A stretch of 64,000 nucleotides of DNA from an uncultured Paraprevotella sp. GTDB taxonomy: Bacteria; Bacteroidota; Bacteroidia; Bacteroidales; Bacteroidaceae. Made by a program: the position numbers and the translations under genes. Shown in pieces: positions 39,204-51,000 of this stretch. The notes beneath the pieces are model-generated. The model saw nothing but the letters and a program-made list of their open reading frames with translations, made no database searches and was not told the DNA's origin. The stretch lies in NCBI GenBank assembly GCA_944320765.1, contig CALUIS010000016.1, positions 2,933 through 66,932 of the forward strand, written 5' to 3'. Position 1 is the first letter of the stretch; each line of letters starts with the position of its first letter.

Positions 39204-39977
39204 TTAATGTACGAATCCGCGTTTGGATTGTTCGATAAAGTCGATGATGTAGTCTCTTTCGGGACTGGCCGGCACCTCTTCGCGCACTTTCTGCAGGGCT
39301 TCTGCCAGTTGGAGGCCGCTTTGCAGGATGATGCGGTAAGTGGTATGGATGTTCTCAATCAGTTCGTTGCTGAATCCCCGGCGGCGCAGTCCCACGATGT
39401 TCAGGCCGCAGTAGGCTGCCGGCTCGCGGGCGCACATGCTGTAGGGCAATACGTCCTGGCTGAATCGGGTGCCGCCGCCTACCATCGTGTATCCGCCTAC
39501 GCGGCAGAACTGGTGCATCAGCACGTTGGCACTGATGATGGCATGGTCGTCCACGACAATCTCGCCTGCCAGTTTTGTTCCGTTGCCGATAATGCAGTCA
39601 TCTCCCACCGTGGCGTCATGGGCCACATGCACGCTCTCCATCAGCAGGTTGCCGCTACCGACCTTGGTCCTGCCTTTGGCGGCTGTTCCCCGGTTGATGG
39701 TGACATTTTCACGGATCTTATTGTTGTCGCCTACTTCCGCAGTGGTTTCTTCTCCTCTGAACTTCAGGTCTTGCGGGACGGCGCCGATGACTGCTCCCGG
39801 GAAGATGGTGTTCCCGTTTCCGATGCGTGCGCCGTAGAGTACTGTCACGTGGTTCATCAGCACGTTGTTGTCGCCGATTTCCACATTCTTGTCGATGAAG
39901 CAGAAAGGGCCAATCTCGCAGTTCTCTCCGATTTTGGCTTCCGGGTCGATGAATGCCAATGGGCTTATTTTACTCAT
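39204..39977 (-). CDS. lpxA: UDP-N-acetylglucosamine acyltransferase
   Basis: Hexapeptide repeats, PQDLKF, IRENVTINRGT and HVAHD. Confidence 0.95.
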   Translation of the reverse strand: MSKISPLAFIDPEAKIGENCEIGPFCFIDKNVEIGDNNVLMNHVTVLYGARIGNGNTIFPGAVIGAVPQDLKFRGEETTAEVGDNNKIRENVTINRGTAAKGRTKVGSGNLLMESVHVAHDATVGDDCIIGNGTKLAGEIVVDDHAIISANVLMHQFCRVGGYTMVGGGTRFSQDVLPYSMCAREPAAYCGLNIVGLRRRGFSNELIENIHTTYRIILQSGLQLAEALQKVREEVPASPERDYIIDFIEQSKRGFVH

Positions 39978-39987
39978 ATTTTTGGAT

Positions 39988-41373
39988 TTACTTGTTCTTT
40001 ACGATTTGTGCGGTAAAGGTGGCCTCCATCACGACGCGTTCGCCCACGAAGATGTAGCCGCGCATGGAGGAAATGCCGTGGCGTACGGGGGCCAGCAGTT
40101 CCACCTTGAATAATAAGGTGTCGCCCGGCACTACTTTCTGGCGGAACTTCACCTGGTCGATGCGCAGGAAGTAGGTGCTCCAGCGTTCAGGCTCGTCCAC
40201 GGAGTTCAGCACCAGCAGCCCGCCGGCCTGGGCCATGGCCTCGATTTGCAGCACGCCCGGCATGACCGGCTCCTGGGGGAAGTGTCCCGTGAAGAACGGC
40301 TCGTTGCTCGTCACGTTCTTCACCGCCACGATGGTGGTGGGACCCAGTTCGATGACCTTGTCCACCAGTTGCATGGGATAGCGGTGGGGCAGGAGCTCGC
40401 GGATGCGGTTCACGTCCATGATGGGCGGTTCGTTGCAGTCGTATCCCGGAGCTTGTATTTCGTGCGCGCGGATTTCCTTGCGGATGAGCCGTGCGAACTT
40501 GTTGTTGATGGTATGCCCCGGCCGGGTGGCGATGATGCGCCCTTTGATGGGCTTGCCAATCAGGGCCATGTCGCCGATGATGTCCAGCAGCTTGTGGCGT
40601 GCCGGTTCGTTCTCCCATACCAAGGGCTTGTGGTTCAGATAGCCTTTCTCCTTGGCGTCATGGTGCGGCACGCCGATAGAGTCGGCCAGTTTGTCCAACC
40701 GTTCCTGCGGCATCTCGTTCTCATAAATCACGATGGCGTTGTCCAGGTCGCCGCCTTTGATGAGGCCTGCGGCCATGAGTTGTTCCACCTCGCGCACGAA
40801 GACGAACGTGCGGCTGGGGGCGATTTCCTGCTCGAAGTTGTCCATGTTGTCCAATGTGGCGAACTGGCTGGAGAGTACTTTCGAGTTGAAGGAAATCATG
40901 GCGGTGATGCTGAACTGGTCATCCGGCAGGATGGTGATGCACGAGCCGGTCTCCTCGTCCTTCACTTCCAGTTTCTTGCGGATGATATAACAGTCTTTCA
41001 CCGCGTTTTGTTCGGCTATGCCCACACGCTTGATGTTCTCCACGTAGATTTCGGCGCTTCCGTCCAGAATCGGCAGTTCAGGTCCGTTGACCTGCAGCAG
41101 GCAGTTGTCCACGCCCATGGCATACAAGGCCGCCATCGCGTGTTCCACTGTGCTGCATCGTGCTTCTCCGCGGCCCAACACTGTGCCTCGGGTGGTTTCT
41201 ATCACGTTTTCGGCCACGGCGTCAATGATGGGACGGCCTTCCAGGTCGATACGCTGGATTTTGTATCCATGGTTTTCGGGAGCGGGGTTGAACGTCACGG
41301 TCAGGTTCAGGCCCGTGTGCAACCCTTTGCCGTACAATGAAAAACTTCCTTGCAATGTTTTCTGTTTCAGCAT
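39988..41373 (-). CDS. lpxC/fabZ: Bifunctional LpxC-FabZ
   Basis: GLHTG, TVEH and HKLLDIIGD (LpxC); LPHRYPMQLVD and GHFPQEPVMPGVL (FabZ). Confidence 0.95.
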   Translation of the reverse strand: MLKQKTLQGSFSLYGKGLHTGLNLTVTFNPAPENHGYKIQRIDLEGRPIIDAVAENVIETTRGTVLGRGEARCSTVEHAMAALYAMGVDNCLLQVNGPELPILDGSAEIYVENIKRVGIAEQNAVKDCYIIRKKLEVKDEETGSCITILPDDQFSITAMISFNSKVLSSQFATLDNMDNFEQEIAPSRTFVFVREVEQLMAAGLIKGGDLDNAIVIYENEMPQERLDKLADSIGVPHHDAKEKGYLNHKPLVWENEPARHKLLDIIGDMALIGKPIKGRIIATRPGHTINNKFARLIRKEIRAHEIQAPGYDCNEPPIMDVNRIRELLPHRYPMQLVDKVIELGPTTIVAVKNVTSNEPFFTGHFPQEPVMPGVLQIEAMAQAGGLLVLNSVDEPERWSTYFLRIDQVKFRQKVVPGDTLLFKVELLAPVRHGISSMRGYIFVGERVVMEATFTAQIVKNK

Positions 41374-41379
41374 AGCTCT

Positions 41380-42429
41380 TTATTTCTTCTTGTTCAGTAT
41401 TTCTTTCAGTTCCTCTATTTCCTTTTTCATGCGGTTCAGGTCCGAATACATCTCCGGCAGGTTCTTGAACACGACGCTCGAGCGGGCGAAGTTCTTGGCT
41501 TCGATGGCGGGGGAGCCTTGCACCGTGGCGTGGCCCTTGCGGATGCTTCCGGCGATGCCCGCCTGTGCGCCGGACCGCACCTGGTCGCCGATGACGGCAT
41601 GGCCGGCGATGCCTACCTGGCCGCCGAACATGCACCATTGCCCGATTTTGGTGGAGCCGGCCACACCCACTTGGGCGGACATGACCGTATGGGCGCCCAC
41701 TTCCACATTGTGGGCCACCTGTACCAGGTTGTCCAGCTTCACTCCTTTCCGGATGTAGGTGGACCCCATGGTGGAGCGGTCCACGCAAGTGTTGGCGCCG
41801 ATTTCCACGTCGTCCTCAATGGTGACGATGCCGATTTGCGGAATCTTGTCGTAGCCGTGGGGGGTCGGCGCGAAGCCGAAACCGTCCGCGCCGATGACGC
41901 AGCCGGAGTGCAGGATGACGCGGTTGCCGACCTTGCAGTCATGGTAGACCGACACGTTCGGATACAATATGCAGTTTTCCCCCACTGACGCATGGTCATA
42001 CACGGTGGTGTGGGGGTAGATTTGTGTGCCTTTCCCGATGCGCACGTTTTCGCCGACATAGGCGAAAGGCGCGATATAGCAATCTTCGCCGATTTGGGCG
42101 GTAGGCGCGATGTAGGCCAGCGGGTCGATGCCTTTTTTCTTCGGTTTGCTCATCTCGTACAATGTCAGCAGTTTGGCTACGGCATCGTAGGCGTTGTCCA
42201 CGCGGATGAGGGTGGCCTTTGTTTCTTTTTCCAGCTTCAGGGCCTTGTCTACCAGCACGATGCTGGATTGTGTGTCATAAAGGTAATGGGTATATTTGGG
42301 GTTGGACAAGAACGAGATGGCCCCCGGTACACCTTCTTCTATCTTGGCGAAAGTATGCACCGTGGCGTTTTCATCTCCTTCTACCGTCCCTTGTATGAAT
42401 TCAGCGATTTGCTTGGCGGTAAATTCCAT
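41380..42429 (-). CDS. lpxD: UDP-3-O-acyl-glucosamine N-acyltransferase
   Basis: GADGFGF, KIPQIG and [12 protein letters not shown]. Confidence 0.95.
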   Translation of the reverse strand: MEFTAKQIAEFIQGTVEGDENATVHTFAKIEEGVPGAISFLSNPKYTHYLYDTQSSIVLVDKALKLEKETKATLIRVDNAYDAVAKLLTLYEMSKPKKKGIDPLAYIAPTAQIGEDCYIAPFAYVGENVRIGKGTQIYPHTTVYDHASVGENCILYPNVSVYHDCKVGNRVILHSGCVIGADGFGFAPTPHGYDKIPQIGIVTIEDDVEIGANTCVDRSTMGSTYIRKGVKLDNLVQVAHNVEVGAHTVMSAQVGVAGSTKIGQWCMFGGQVGIAGHAVIGDQVRSGAQAGIAGSIRKGHATVQGSPAIEAKNFARSSVVFKNLPEMYSDLNRMKKEIEELKEILNKKK

Positions 42430-42566
42430 GGCCTAATGTTGTTGTCATTACTAATTTTGCAAATTTCGCAAAAAAAATCGAAATACGTGCTATTTTAGCC
42501 TATAAAATCGCCCGCGCCCCCGTTTTATGCTGTCTTTTTGACAAGTTGCGGGGGCGCGGTGCGGGT

Positions 42567-43388
42567 TTACAGGTTCTGGAGCTGGGCGGCCATCTGTTGC
42601 TGTACCTCCCGTGCCTTTTCCGCAGCCACGGCGGCGAAATTCTCCGTGGAGTCGGCATAGATGATGGCCCGGCTGCTGTTCACAATCAGTCCGCAAGTCT
42701 TGTTCATGCCGTAGCGGCACACTTCCTCCAGCGACCCGCCTTGTGCGCCGATGCCCGGCACGAGCAGGAAGTGTTCGGGTACGATCCGGCGGATCTCCTC
42801 GAACATGCGGCCTTGCGTGGCGCCCACCACGTACATCATGTTCCCGTCGTTGCCCCATTCCTGGCTCTTGCGCAGCACTTTCTCAAAGAGGCGTTCGCCT
42901 TGCGCGTCTTCCGTCAGCTGGAAGTCGTGCGAGCCCTTGTTGCTGGTCAGGGCGAGCAGGATGACCCACTTGCCTTCGTAGCCGAGGAAGGGCGTCACGC
43001 TGTCCTCGCCCATGTAGGGGGCCACGGTCAGCGCGTCGAGCTGCATCTCCTTGAAGAAGGTGCGGGCGTACATGGCCGAGGTGTTGCCGATGTCGCCGCG
43101 CTTGGCGTCGGCGATGATGAACTGGTCGGGATAGTTCTCGTTCAGGTATTGGATGGTCTTTTCAAACGCGAGCCACCCCTTCACGCCCATGCTTTCGTAG
43201 AAGGCCAGGTTGGGCTTGTAGGCGATGCAGTAGGGCGCGGTGGCGTCGATGATGGCCTTGTTGAAGGCGAATATCGGGTCTTCTTCTTTCAACAGGTGCT
43301 GCGGGATTTTCTGGATGTCCGTGTCCAGTCCCACGCAAAGGAAGGACTGTTTCTTCTTGATGTTCTCGAAAAGTTGTTGCTTGTTCAT
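42567..43388 (-). CDS. pyrF: Orotidine-5'-phosphate decarboxylase
   Basis: [26 protein letters not shown] and [10 protein letters not shown]. Confidence 0.95.
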   Translation of the reverse strand: MNKQQLFENIKKKQSFLCVGLDTDIQKIPQHLLKEEDPIFAFNKAIIDATAPYCIAYKPNLAFYESMGVKGWLAFEKTIQYLNENYPDQFIIADAKRGDIGNTSAMYARTFFKEMQLDALTVAPYMGEDSVTPFLGYEGKWVILLALTSNKGSHDFQLTEDAQGERLFEKVLRKSQEWGNDGNMMYVVGATQGRMFEEIRRIVPEHFLLVPGIGAQGGSLEEVCRYGMNKTCGLIVNSSRAIIYADSTENFAAVAAEKAREVQQQMAAQLQNL

Positions 43389-43484
43389 GCTGTTATGTTT
43401 TTGATGTGGTTGTAGTCATTTCATGAGGTAGTAGCTTTTCATGAGGGGCTGTCGGGTGAAAAAGCGTCTCATCTTATGTCGTTC

Positions 43485-44597
43485 TTACAGTTCGCTCTCC
43501 TTCATCCGCTCGGCGTTCTCGGCCACGGTCAGCTGGTCGATGCAGTCCTGGATGTTGCCGTCCATGAACGACGGGAGGTTCTGCATGTTGTAGCCGATGC
43601 GGTGGTCGGTGATGCGGCTTTGCGGGTAGTTGTAGGTGCGTATCTTGGCCGAGCGGTCGCCGGTGGACACCATCGTCTTGCGGCGGCTGGCGATGTCGTC
43701 GATGTATTTCTGGTGTTCCTTGTCATAAATGAACGTGCGCAGGCGCGCGAGGGCGCGTTCCTTGTTCTTGGGCTGGTCGCGTGTCTCGGTGCATTCGATG
43801 AGGATTTCCTCCGTCTCGCCCGTGTTGGGGTTCTTCCACAGGTAGCGGGCGCGCACGCCGGACTCCACCTTGTTCACGTTCTGCCCGCCGGCGCCGCTGG
43901 AGCGGAACGTGTCCCACTTGATTTCGCCCTCGTTGATTTCCACGTCGAACTCCTGCGCTTCGGGCAGCACGGCCACGGTGGCGGCCGACGTGTGCACCCG
44001 TCCCTGGGTCTCGGTGGCGGGGACGCGCTGCACGCGGTGTACGCCCGACTCGTACTTCAGCGTGCCATAGACTTTTTCGCCCGTCACGCTGAAGATGATT
44101 TCCTTGAAGCCGCCCGCGGCTCCTTCGGTGTAGCTGGACACGGCCACTTTCCAGCCTTTCATCTCGCAGAACTTGGTGTACATGCGGAAGAGGTCTCCGG
44201 CAAAGAGGGCCGCCTCGTCGCCGCCCGTGCCGCCGCGGATCTCCATGATGACGTTCTTGTCGTCCTCCGGGTCGGCCGGCACGAGCAACAGTTTGATTTG
44301 CTCCTCGATTTCCGGGATGCGCTTTTCGGCGGCGGCCAGTTCCTCGCGGGCCATTTCCTTCATTTCCGGGTCGTCTTCCGTGGCCAGCATGTCCTTGGCC
44401 TCCTGCACGGTCTGCAGGCAGTCCATGTAACTTTTCCTGGCTTTCATGATGTCCCCCAGGTCCTTGTATTCTTTTGTGAGCTTCACGTAGCGTTTCTGGT
44501 CGCTGATGACGTGCGGGTCGGTGATGAGCGTGCCGACTTCTTCGTAGCGGCTCACCAGTCCTTCCAGTTTGTTTAATATCGTATTGTTTGCTGCCAT
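43485..44597 (-). CDS. prfA: Peptide chain release factor 1 (start corrected to ATG 44597, 370 aa)
   Basis: GTGGDEAALF, VHRVQRVPATE, SGAGGQNVNK and KIRTYNYPQ. The ORF-track extension to 44876 is non-homologous and runs through a repeat. Confidence 0.95.
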   Translation of the reverse strand: MAANNTILNKLEGLVSRYEEVGTLITDPHVISDQKRYVKLTKEYKDLGDIMKARKSYMDCLQTVQEAKDMLATEDDPEMKEMAREELAAAEKRIPEIEEQIKLLLVPADPEDDKNVIMEIRGGTGGDEAALFAGDLFRMYTKFCEMKGWKVAVSSYTEGAAGGFKEIIFSVTGEKVYGTLKYESGVHRVQRVPATETQGRVHTSAATVAVLPEAQEFDVEINEGEIKWDTFRSSGAGGQNVNKVESGVRARYLWKNPNTGETEEILIECTETRDQPKNKERALARLRTFIYDKEHQKYIDDIASRRKTMVSTGDRSAKIRTYNYPQSRITDHRIGYNMQNLPSFMDGNIQDCIDQLTVAENAERMKESEL

Positions 44598-44616
44598 AAT
44601 ATCATGTTTCCGGGTG

Positions 44617-44624
44617 CAAAGATA
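44617..44624 (-). promoter_or_regulatory. Putative -7 box for prfA
   Basis: TATCTTTG on the minus strand, 19 nt upstream of the corrected ATG. Confidence 0.6.
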
Positions 44625-44821
44625 CACAGAAAAACTGAAAGGGCTTTGCACGTCGGGCTGCAAATGTTTCCAGATTCCGCAGAGGCTGCCGGAGTACTCC
44701 GCGCCAAGTACTGTCGCGGCCTGTGCGGGACGTTTCCCCTGGAGTGGACGGGCGGAGGGGTAAGCGTCGTTCCGGCATCGGGGAGGGCGTGCCGGGATGA
44801 CGCAAAACCAGTGGGATGCGA

Positions 44822-44957
44822 CTGCCCCGCCTGAAAGGGGGGCTGGCCTGAAAGGCCTGAGGGGTCTGACATCCACGGGAACATACCTTGGTAGTATGTC
44901 TTGTAAATGTTAAACCCCTCAGTCGCTTCGCGCCAGCTCCCCTGCAAGGCGGAGCAG
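44822..44957. repeat. REP-like inverted doublet, copy A (solo; inverted relative to B-D)
   Basis: CTGCCCCGCCTGAAAGGGGGGCTGGCCTGAAAGGCCTGAGGGGT-spacer-ACCCCTCAGTCGCTTCGCGCCAGCTCCCCTGCAAGGCGGAGCAG. Confidence 0.9.
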
Positions 44958-45011
44958 GTTTGTGCCGCAATGTCTCGCTACTGGTTGCGCGGCAGGAATG
45001 CCGCACCTCCT

Positions 45012-48000
45012 TTACTGCACGAACACCTTGCGGGCGGACTTCTGGCCGCTGACATGCACCAGGTAGATGCCCGGCTTCAGGGCGTGGCGGAACGAGCCGC
45101 CCGTGGTGCGTTCGGCATGGACGCGTGTGCCGGACGGGTCGTAGAGTGTCACGGTGTCACCCTCGCGCAACCCCTCCACATAGAGGATGCGCCGGCGCAC
45201 GTAGACGTTCAGCGTGCCGGCCGTGTCGTCCGCGATGGACGAGAAGGAGAGGGTGAAGCGTGCCGCGTCGTCCGCCGCTTCCGTGAGGGTGAAGCGGTAG
45301 TCCGTGCGGCGGAGGTCCACCTTCGCGCCCGTCTTGTGGTCGGTCAGCCATACTTCGGTGGCCGTCTCGATGTCCGCCGTCTCTCCCAGGGTCATCGTGT
45401 ATTCCCCGGCCACGGCGCGGATGCCCACCTGCAAGCTGCCCGCCGCGTCCACGGCGTTCATCAGCGAGAAGCGCGTGCCCGTGCGGTTCACGGCATAGAG
45501 CTGCGGCGCGTCGGCCCGCGGGGCCATCATCTTCAGGCCGTCGGCGCCGAGGGTGAAGTCGCCGTCCGTTTCCTCGTTTGTGGGGGAGAAGACGAAGCCG
45601 TCCGCTCCCGTCTCGCCCCACAGGCCGAGGCGGTACTGCTGCAGGTTCACCCCGTTTCCATCTGTTGTTTCGCCGGGGGCTGAAGGCCGCCGGAAGCGCA
45701 GGGACTCCGTCTGGCCGTCGCCGATGACCGCCGTCTGGGTGAAGACGCCCTTGCCGAAGCTGAGCGTGCCGTCCGTCGTGCCGTCCGGACGGGTGGTGGT
45801 GCCGTCCCAGCTCTGCATGGTGAAGTATTGTCCGTCCTGCAGGGTATAGAGGATGTGCGGCAGGTCCATGGCCGGCGTTGTTCCGGTCAACTTGGCCGTC
45901 AGGTCGTAGCCGCTCACCAGATAAGGCAGGCCGAAGAGGTTCCAGCCCATGTTCTCCTTGAAGGTGAATTTCGGCGTGCCGTCCGCGTTTACCGTGTTCT
46001 CGTCGTATTGCGTCAGGGCGACGGTCTTTTCCGTCTCGTCCGCCGTTTCGCTGTAGACGGGCGCCGTGCCGTTTTCCGCTCCGGCGGTGAAGCGGTAGGT
46101 GCCGTCCGTTCCGGCTTTCAGGGCGAAGCCTTGGTTGGCGTTGAAGGAGGTGGCCGATTCGTTCCAGAATTCCGAGTCGGACTCGTGGAAGGCGAAGAGG
46201 CTTTCCGCGCGTTTGGCCCCGTTGTAGGTCTCCGTGCTGTCGGCCTCGATCAGGGGCGTGAAGGCCGTGGCCTTGCCGGCCGCCTCGTCCACCCGGCTGA
46301 TGCCGTCGCGCCGCAGGGCATAAGGCACGGCTGCCAGGTTCCAGCCCGCGCTGAGCGCGCGCTCCGTGGCCACGTAGGGCAGCGACACGTCATGTCCGTT
46401 GCCGTAGAGCGAGGCACCCTCGCGGAGCAGCAGGTAGCCCGGTGTGAAGGGCGTGGTCGTGGTGACGGTGCCGGAGGTGGTCCGGGTGTCGTGGCCTACC
46501 ACGAAGTGGCCGCCTGTGTTCACGTAGACCACCGACCCGGCCACGGGGTAGTGCTTGCCGGCGGCGATGCCGTCACCCTGGACCGTGCTTTGGTTGGCCG
46601 TGGCCAGTTTCCCGTTCTCCGGCACGCTCCAAGTCTCGAAGCAGCCGTTGTCCGGCTTGCCGTTCAGGAGGCGCGGGTTGCCCGCCAGGTCGCGGTCGTG
46701 CCCGGCCAGTTTCATATAGGCCGTGATGTCGTGGTTGCCGTCAGGGTCGATGTCGGCAGACTCCTCGTCCAGCTGGTAGTTCCAGGCCTCGTCCGTCTGG
46801 TTGTGGATGTAGCGGTTCTTTCCCGTTGCATTTTCGCGGTTGTTCAGGTTTGTTCCGGCGTTGATGGTGCCGGTGGCCGTGACGTTCACGATGGTGCCGG
46901 TGGTGCCGGCCGCTCCGTCCACGAACGAGTTGTAGAGGACACCCTCTTCTTCCATCGTCACGTTTCCTTCCACGATGGAGGTGGAGAGCATACCGCGTTG
47001 GCCTATGGTGGCCTGGCCGTCCACCAGGAAGCCGTCCACCACGGAGGTGTTTTTGTTATCTCCTTGCTCGGCTTTGATGGCCAGTCCGCTCACGGTGGAG
47101 TGCTGCCCCTGGCTTTCCATCATGCCGCGCCGTTGTGCCAGCAGTCCGGCCACGGTGTCGGTGGCGGCGGTGTCGGTGGCGGCGGTTTCGCTGCCGTTGT
47201 AGCGTTCGGTGTGCATGCCGCCGTACACTTTCGTGCCGCCCAGCTGCACGTTGAGGCTCGCGACCCGCCCGTCTTGTCCCACGGTGCTTTGGGCGAAGAC
47301 GTAGCCGTATTCGTTCGGGCGGGTGTTGGCGTAGATGCCCGCCAGGTTCACGGCGTCCTGCAGGTCCGTCAGGGCGTTTTCCCACGAAGAGCCGTCGCCC
47401 GCCGTGGTGAGCCGGTCGTCCACGTAGATGATTTGCCGCATCGGCGCGGCGTATTCGTAGGCCCCCACGTCGATGCTTTGGTCCACGAAGCGGGCCGTGC
47501 CGCCCAGGTCGGTTTCGGCCGCCTTGGCCGCGTCGCTTACGGCATCATCCGGGTCTTGTCCGTCCTGGATGAATCCCGGATAGCGGTAGTCTTCCATGAA
47601 ACTTTCATACGGCGTGTCGTCGCCCTGGTCCAGCAGGGCGATGCCCGGGCGGATGTGGTAGTCGCGCGACAGCACGTCGTCGGCGGTCGGATTCACGAAG
47701 TTCGGGCCGTTCACGATGTCGTCGTTGTCCGTTCCGGGAGCGAAGGCCACGTTATGGTTCGTTTCGTTGTCCGTGAGGGTGGAGAGGTGTTGGTTCTTCG
47801 TGTTCTTCCACGCCACGGAGTTCTGCACCGTCGGGCTGCCCGTGAAGTCCGTGCCGTTCTGCGCGAACGTGCCGTTGATGACGGTGGCTGTGGCGTTCTG
47901 TTCCACTGCCAGTCCCGTGCCGCTGTTGTCCGCGAAGAGCACGTTCACCAGCGTATGTCCGCCTTGGCTGCCGCTTTCCACGACGGCACCCTTCCCGGAG

Positions 48001-51000
48001 TCGCGCACCTGCACGTTTTTCAGCGTGACTTTGTTATTCGTCTGGCTGGTGTGGATGCGTATGCCGTCCCCTTTCGTGCCGTCTTCCTTCGCGTTATGGA
48101 AGAGGATGCCTTCCACGAACACTTCCCGTCCGGCTTGCGGGACGTTGATGTCCAGCAGGGTCTCCGTCTCCGCGTCCGGATGGGCGTAGATGACGGTGGG
48201 GTTCGAGAAATCCTGCACCCCTTGTTCGTTGTACGAGCCTCGGATGGAGAGGGTTTGGGCGGAGGACATGGTCGTAGACCCCATGGTGGCGTTGAAGGCC
48301 GTGTTGCCGGCAAAGGTATGCGCGTTGGCATACTCGCCTTGGCGGATCAGTACGGCATTGTAGGGCCAGTTCTTTTTCTCGGTCGTGTTTTGGTCGTCGC
48401 TGGCATTGGCCAGCCCCACGATGGCCCCGCGCAGGTCGCTGGTGGCGTTGGCCCAGTTGAGGCCGTTGGCTTCTCCTGCATCCATCGTCGCCACGTAGAT
48501 GGTGTCCATCTTGTCGAAGGCCAGGTTGTACTGGTACTCGTACAGCCCGATGTCGATGATGCGGTCCATGTCTTGGTTGTCCTCATCTTTCGGCCCGCTG
48601 TAGCGCAGGTAGAGGGAGCCGTCCTCTTTCTCCATGAAAGCGTTGAGGATGGGGCTGTTCGGGTCGTAGGTATCGGTCAGCCTTTCTTTATAAGCACCTT
48701 CAGCCGCCCCGTAATAGTCCGGCACTTCGGCTTCCGAGGTGGGGAAGGCCACGTCCTTGTCCACCACGCCGTCCCCGGCATCCGTCAGGATGGAGATGGA
48801 GCCTGGATTCCAGCGTTCGGCGGAGGAGAAGCCCGCCACGCCGGCCGTGGCGGAGGGGGCGGCGAAGCGCGGGCCGTCCACCGCTCCGTTGTCGGCGGAG
48901 ACGGTGATGTTGTGGTTGCCGGTCGCGTCGGTCTTTCCGTCCGGTTTCTGGCTTTCCGTCCAGTGGTTCTCTTCCGTGGCCGAATAGCGTACGGAGGTGG
49001 TCAGGTTGCGGTGGAAGGATTCCGGGTTGGCCCCGTCGGTATATTCGTTGCCCCAGGCCAAGGTGTTGAGGATGTCCCCATGACGGGCCGTCACGGCATA
49101 TTCGGCCGACTTGTTGCGCACGAGGGTGTTGTTCACCAGCAGGATGCCCGTCTTTTCGTCATCGGAGGACGGGAACACCGCCGCCGCGCCGCCGTCGCCC
49201 GTGGTCTCGTTGTTGGCCCAGAGCGTGTTGAAGGCCTTGAGGCCGTAGTCGCCGCCGTAGACCATCGCGGCACCTCCGCCCAAATAGTTGTTTTCTTCCG
49301 TCTTAGGATCGTCCACCGTGCTGTTGCCCGCCAGCATCGAGCCGAAGAGGCGGAGTCCGGCGTCGTGCACATAGATGGCGTTGCCTATCACGGCGCGGTT
49401 GCGCAGCAGGCGGCAGCGGTTGAGCGTGTATTTCACGCCGCTGGAATAGATGCCGCCGCCGCGTCCCACCACACCGGTGCCTTCCTGCGCGTTTTCGCTT
49501 TCAGCGTAGGCCGTGTTGGCGGTCTGTCCGTCCATGATGGTCAGGCCGTCCAGCGTCACCTCGGCAGCCATATTTTGTGGGATGTCATAGCTTTGGTCGT
49601 TCTGTCCTTTGTTCTCCGTGTCGCTATAGATGACGTGGTAGGCATTCGTCTCTGTGGTGGACACGTTGATGTTGCCCGAGAGGATGCTCTGGTAGCTCAT
49701 CTCCCACGGTTCCAGGATGCCGTTCGAGTTCAGGTCGCTCTGCTCGCGGGCGGCGAGGATGTTTTCGGTGGTGGCATTGGTCTGCCAGTTTACATTGGAG
49801 ACACCCGGTATGGACGTGAGATTTTCATTGTTTTCGTTGCAGATGTAGCCCTCTTTTCCCGAGAATCCGCCGTAGATCTGCACGCCGTAGGGGACGTTGA
49901 AGGAGTTGAGCCGCTGGTCGTTGACGAGGCCCGGCGCGGTATTGTTGTCGCGCTTGTAGGTGGGCTTGTACGTGCCTTCGGCAATCAGGATCTCGAACGT
50001 CTTCTCCCGGGCTTTTTCGTATGTTTTCCTTACTTCGCGGACGTATTGCAGGGCCTCGTCCAGGTGGGAGAACGGGGTGTAGAACGAGCGGCCCAGATAG
50101 TCTTCCACGTTGATGTCGTCTGGAATGCGGTCATCGCGTCCCGTAGCCGCCACGAAGAGTCGGGTGAACCACTTGTTCGTGCTGAGCCGTCCGCCCTCGA
50201 AGGCGAAGGCTCCCACGTCGAGACGATCCATGCCGGTCTGTTCGCGTTCCAGCCGGTTGATGTCGGCGGAGGCGACACCCATGCCCGTCACGAGGCGGGT
50301 CTGGTAGCCCACGGGCATACCCGATTTGATGAGCGGGGAGAAAGCCCGCAGCATGTAGTTCACCTCGTCGGCAAAGTAGTCGTTGGGTTCGCGGGTCATG
50401 CTGGTGTTCTGCTCAAAGGTGGCGGGCAGTTCCGTCTGTTCCACGAAGCAGCTGTTGAAGAGGTAGATTTCCGTGGGGGCGTCGTCGGCTTGCCCGGTCA
50501 GGGTGTGGCCGATGTAGTCGTCGGTGAACCGTGTTTCGGTGACGCCGCTGATGTTCATGTCCGAGCTGGCCTCGTTGCCCCAGATGACGGAGTTGAGGGT
50601 GACGGCCGCGCCGTCCTCCAGGTAGAGGCCGCCACCCGTGTCGTCGGACGTGTTGCCGGCGATGGTGGACGAGATGATGTAGGTGCCGGCGGTGGCGGTG
50701 GGGGCTTCCGCGCCGGTATGCCCGTTGGCGGCGTAGATGCCCGCGCCGTAGGTGGCCTGGTTGTCCTTGACGAGTGTGCCGGAGACGGTCGCGCCCGCCT
50801 CCAGGTAGAGGCCGCCGCCGCTGGTGGCGGTGTTGTCCCGCACGATGCAGTTGCGCACGTGGCCCCATGCCGGCACCACGGCCCCGCCGCCCTTGTCGTT
50901 GTCACGGCCGGAGGAGGTGGCCTGCCCTTCCGTGAGGGTCACGCCGTCGAGGATGGTGGTCAGGCCCTGCGTGTCGCCCTCCGGTTTCTCCCCGAAGGTC

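Noticed and set aside
44598-44876. 93-aa N-terminal extension of RF1 in the ORF track
   Set aside because: Non-homologous, crosses REP copy A, and a -7 box sits just upstream of the internal ATG at 44597.
47150-47190. 15-bp tandem repeat encoding ATDTA in the giant gene
   Set aside because: Two copies in a low-complexity linker; ordinary slippage with no wider pattern.
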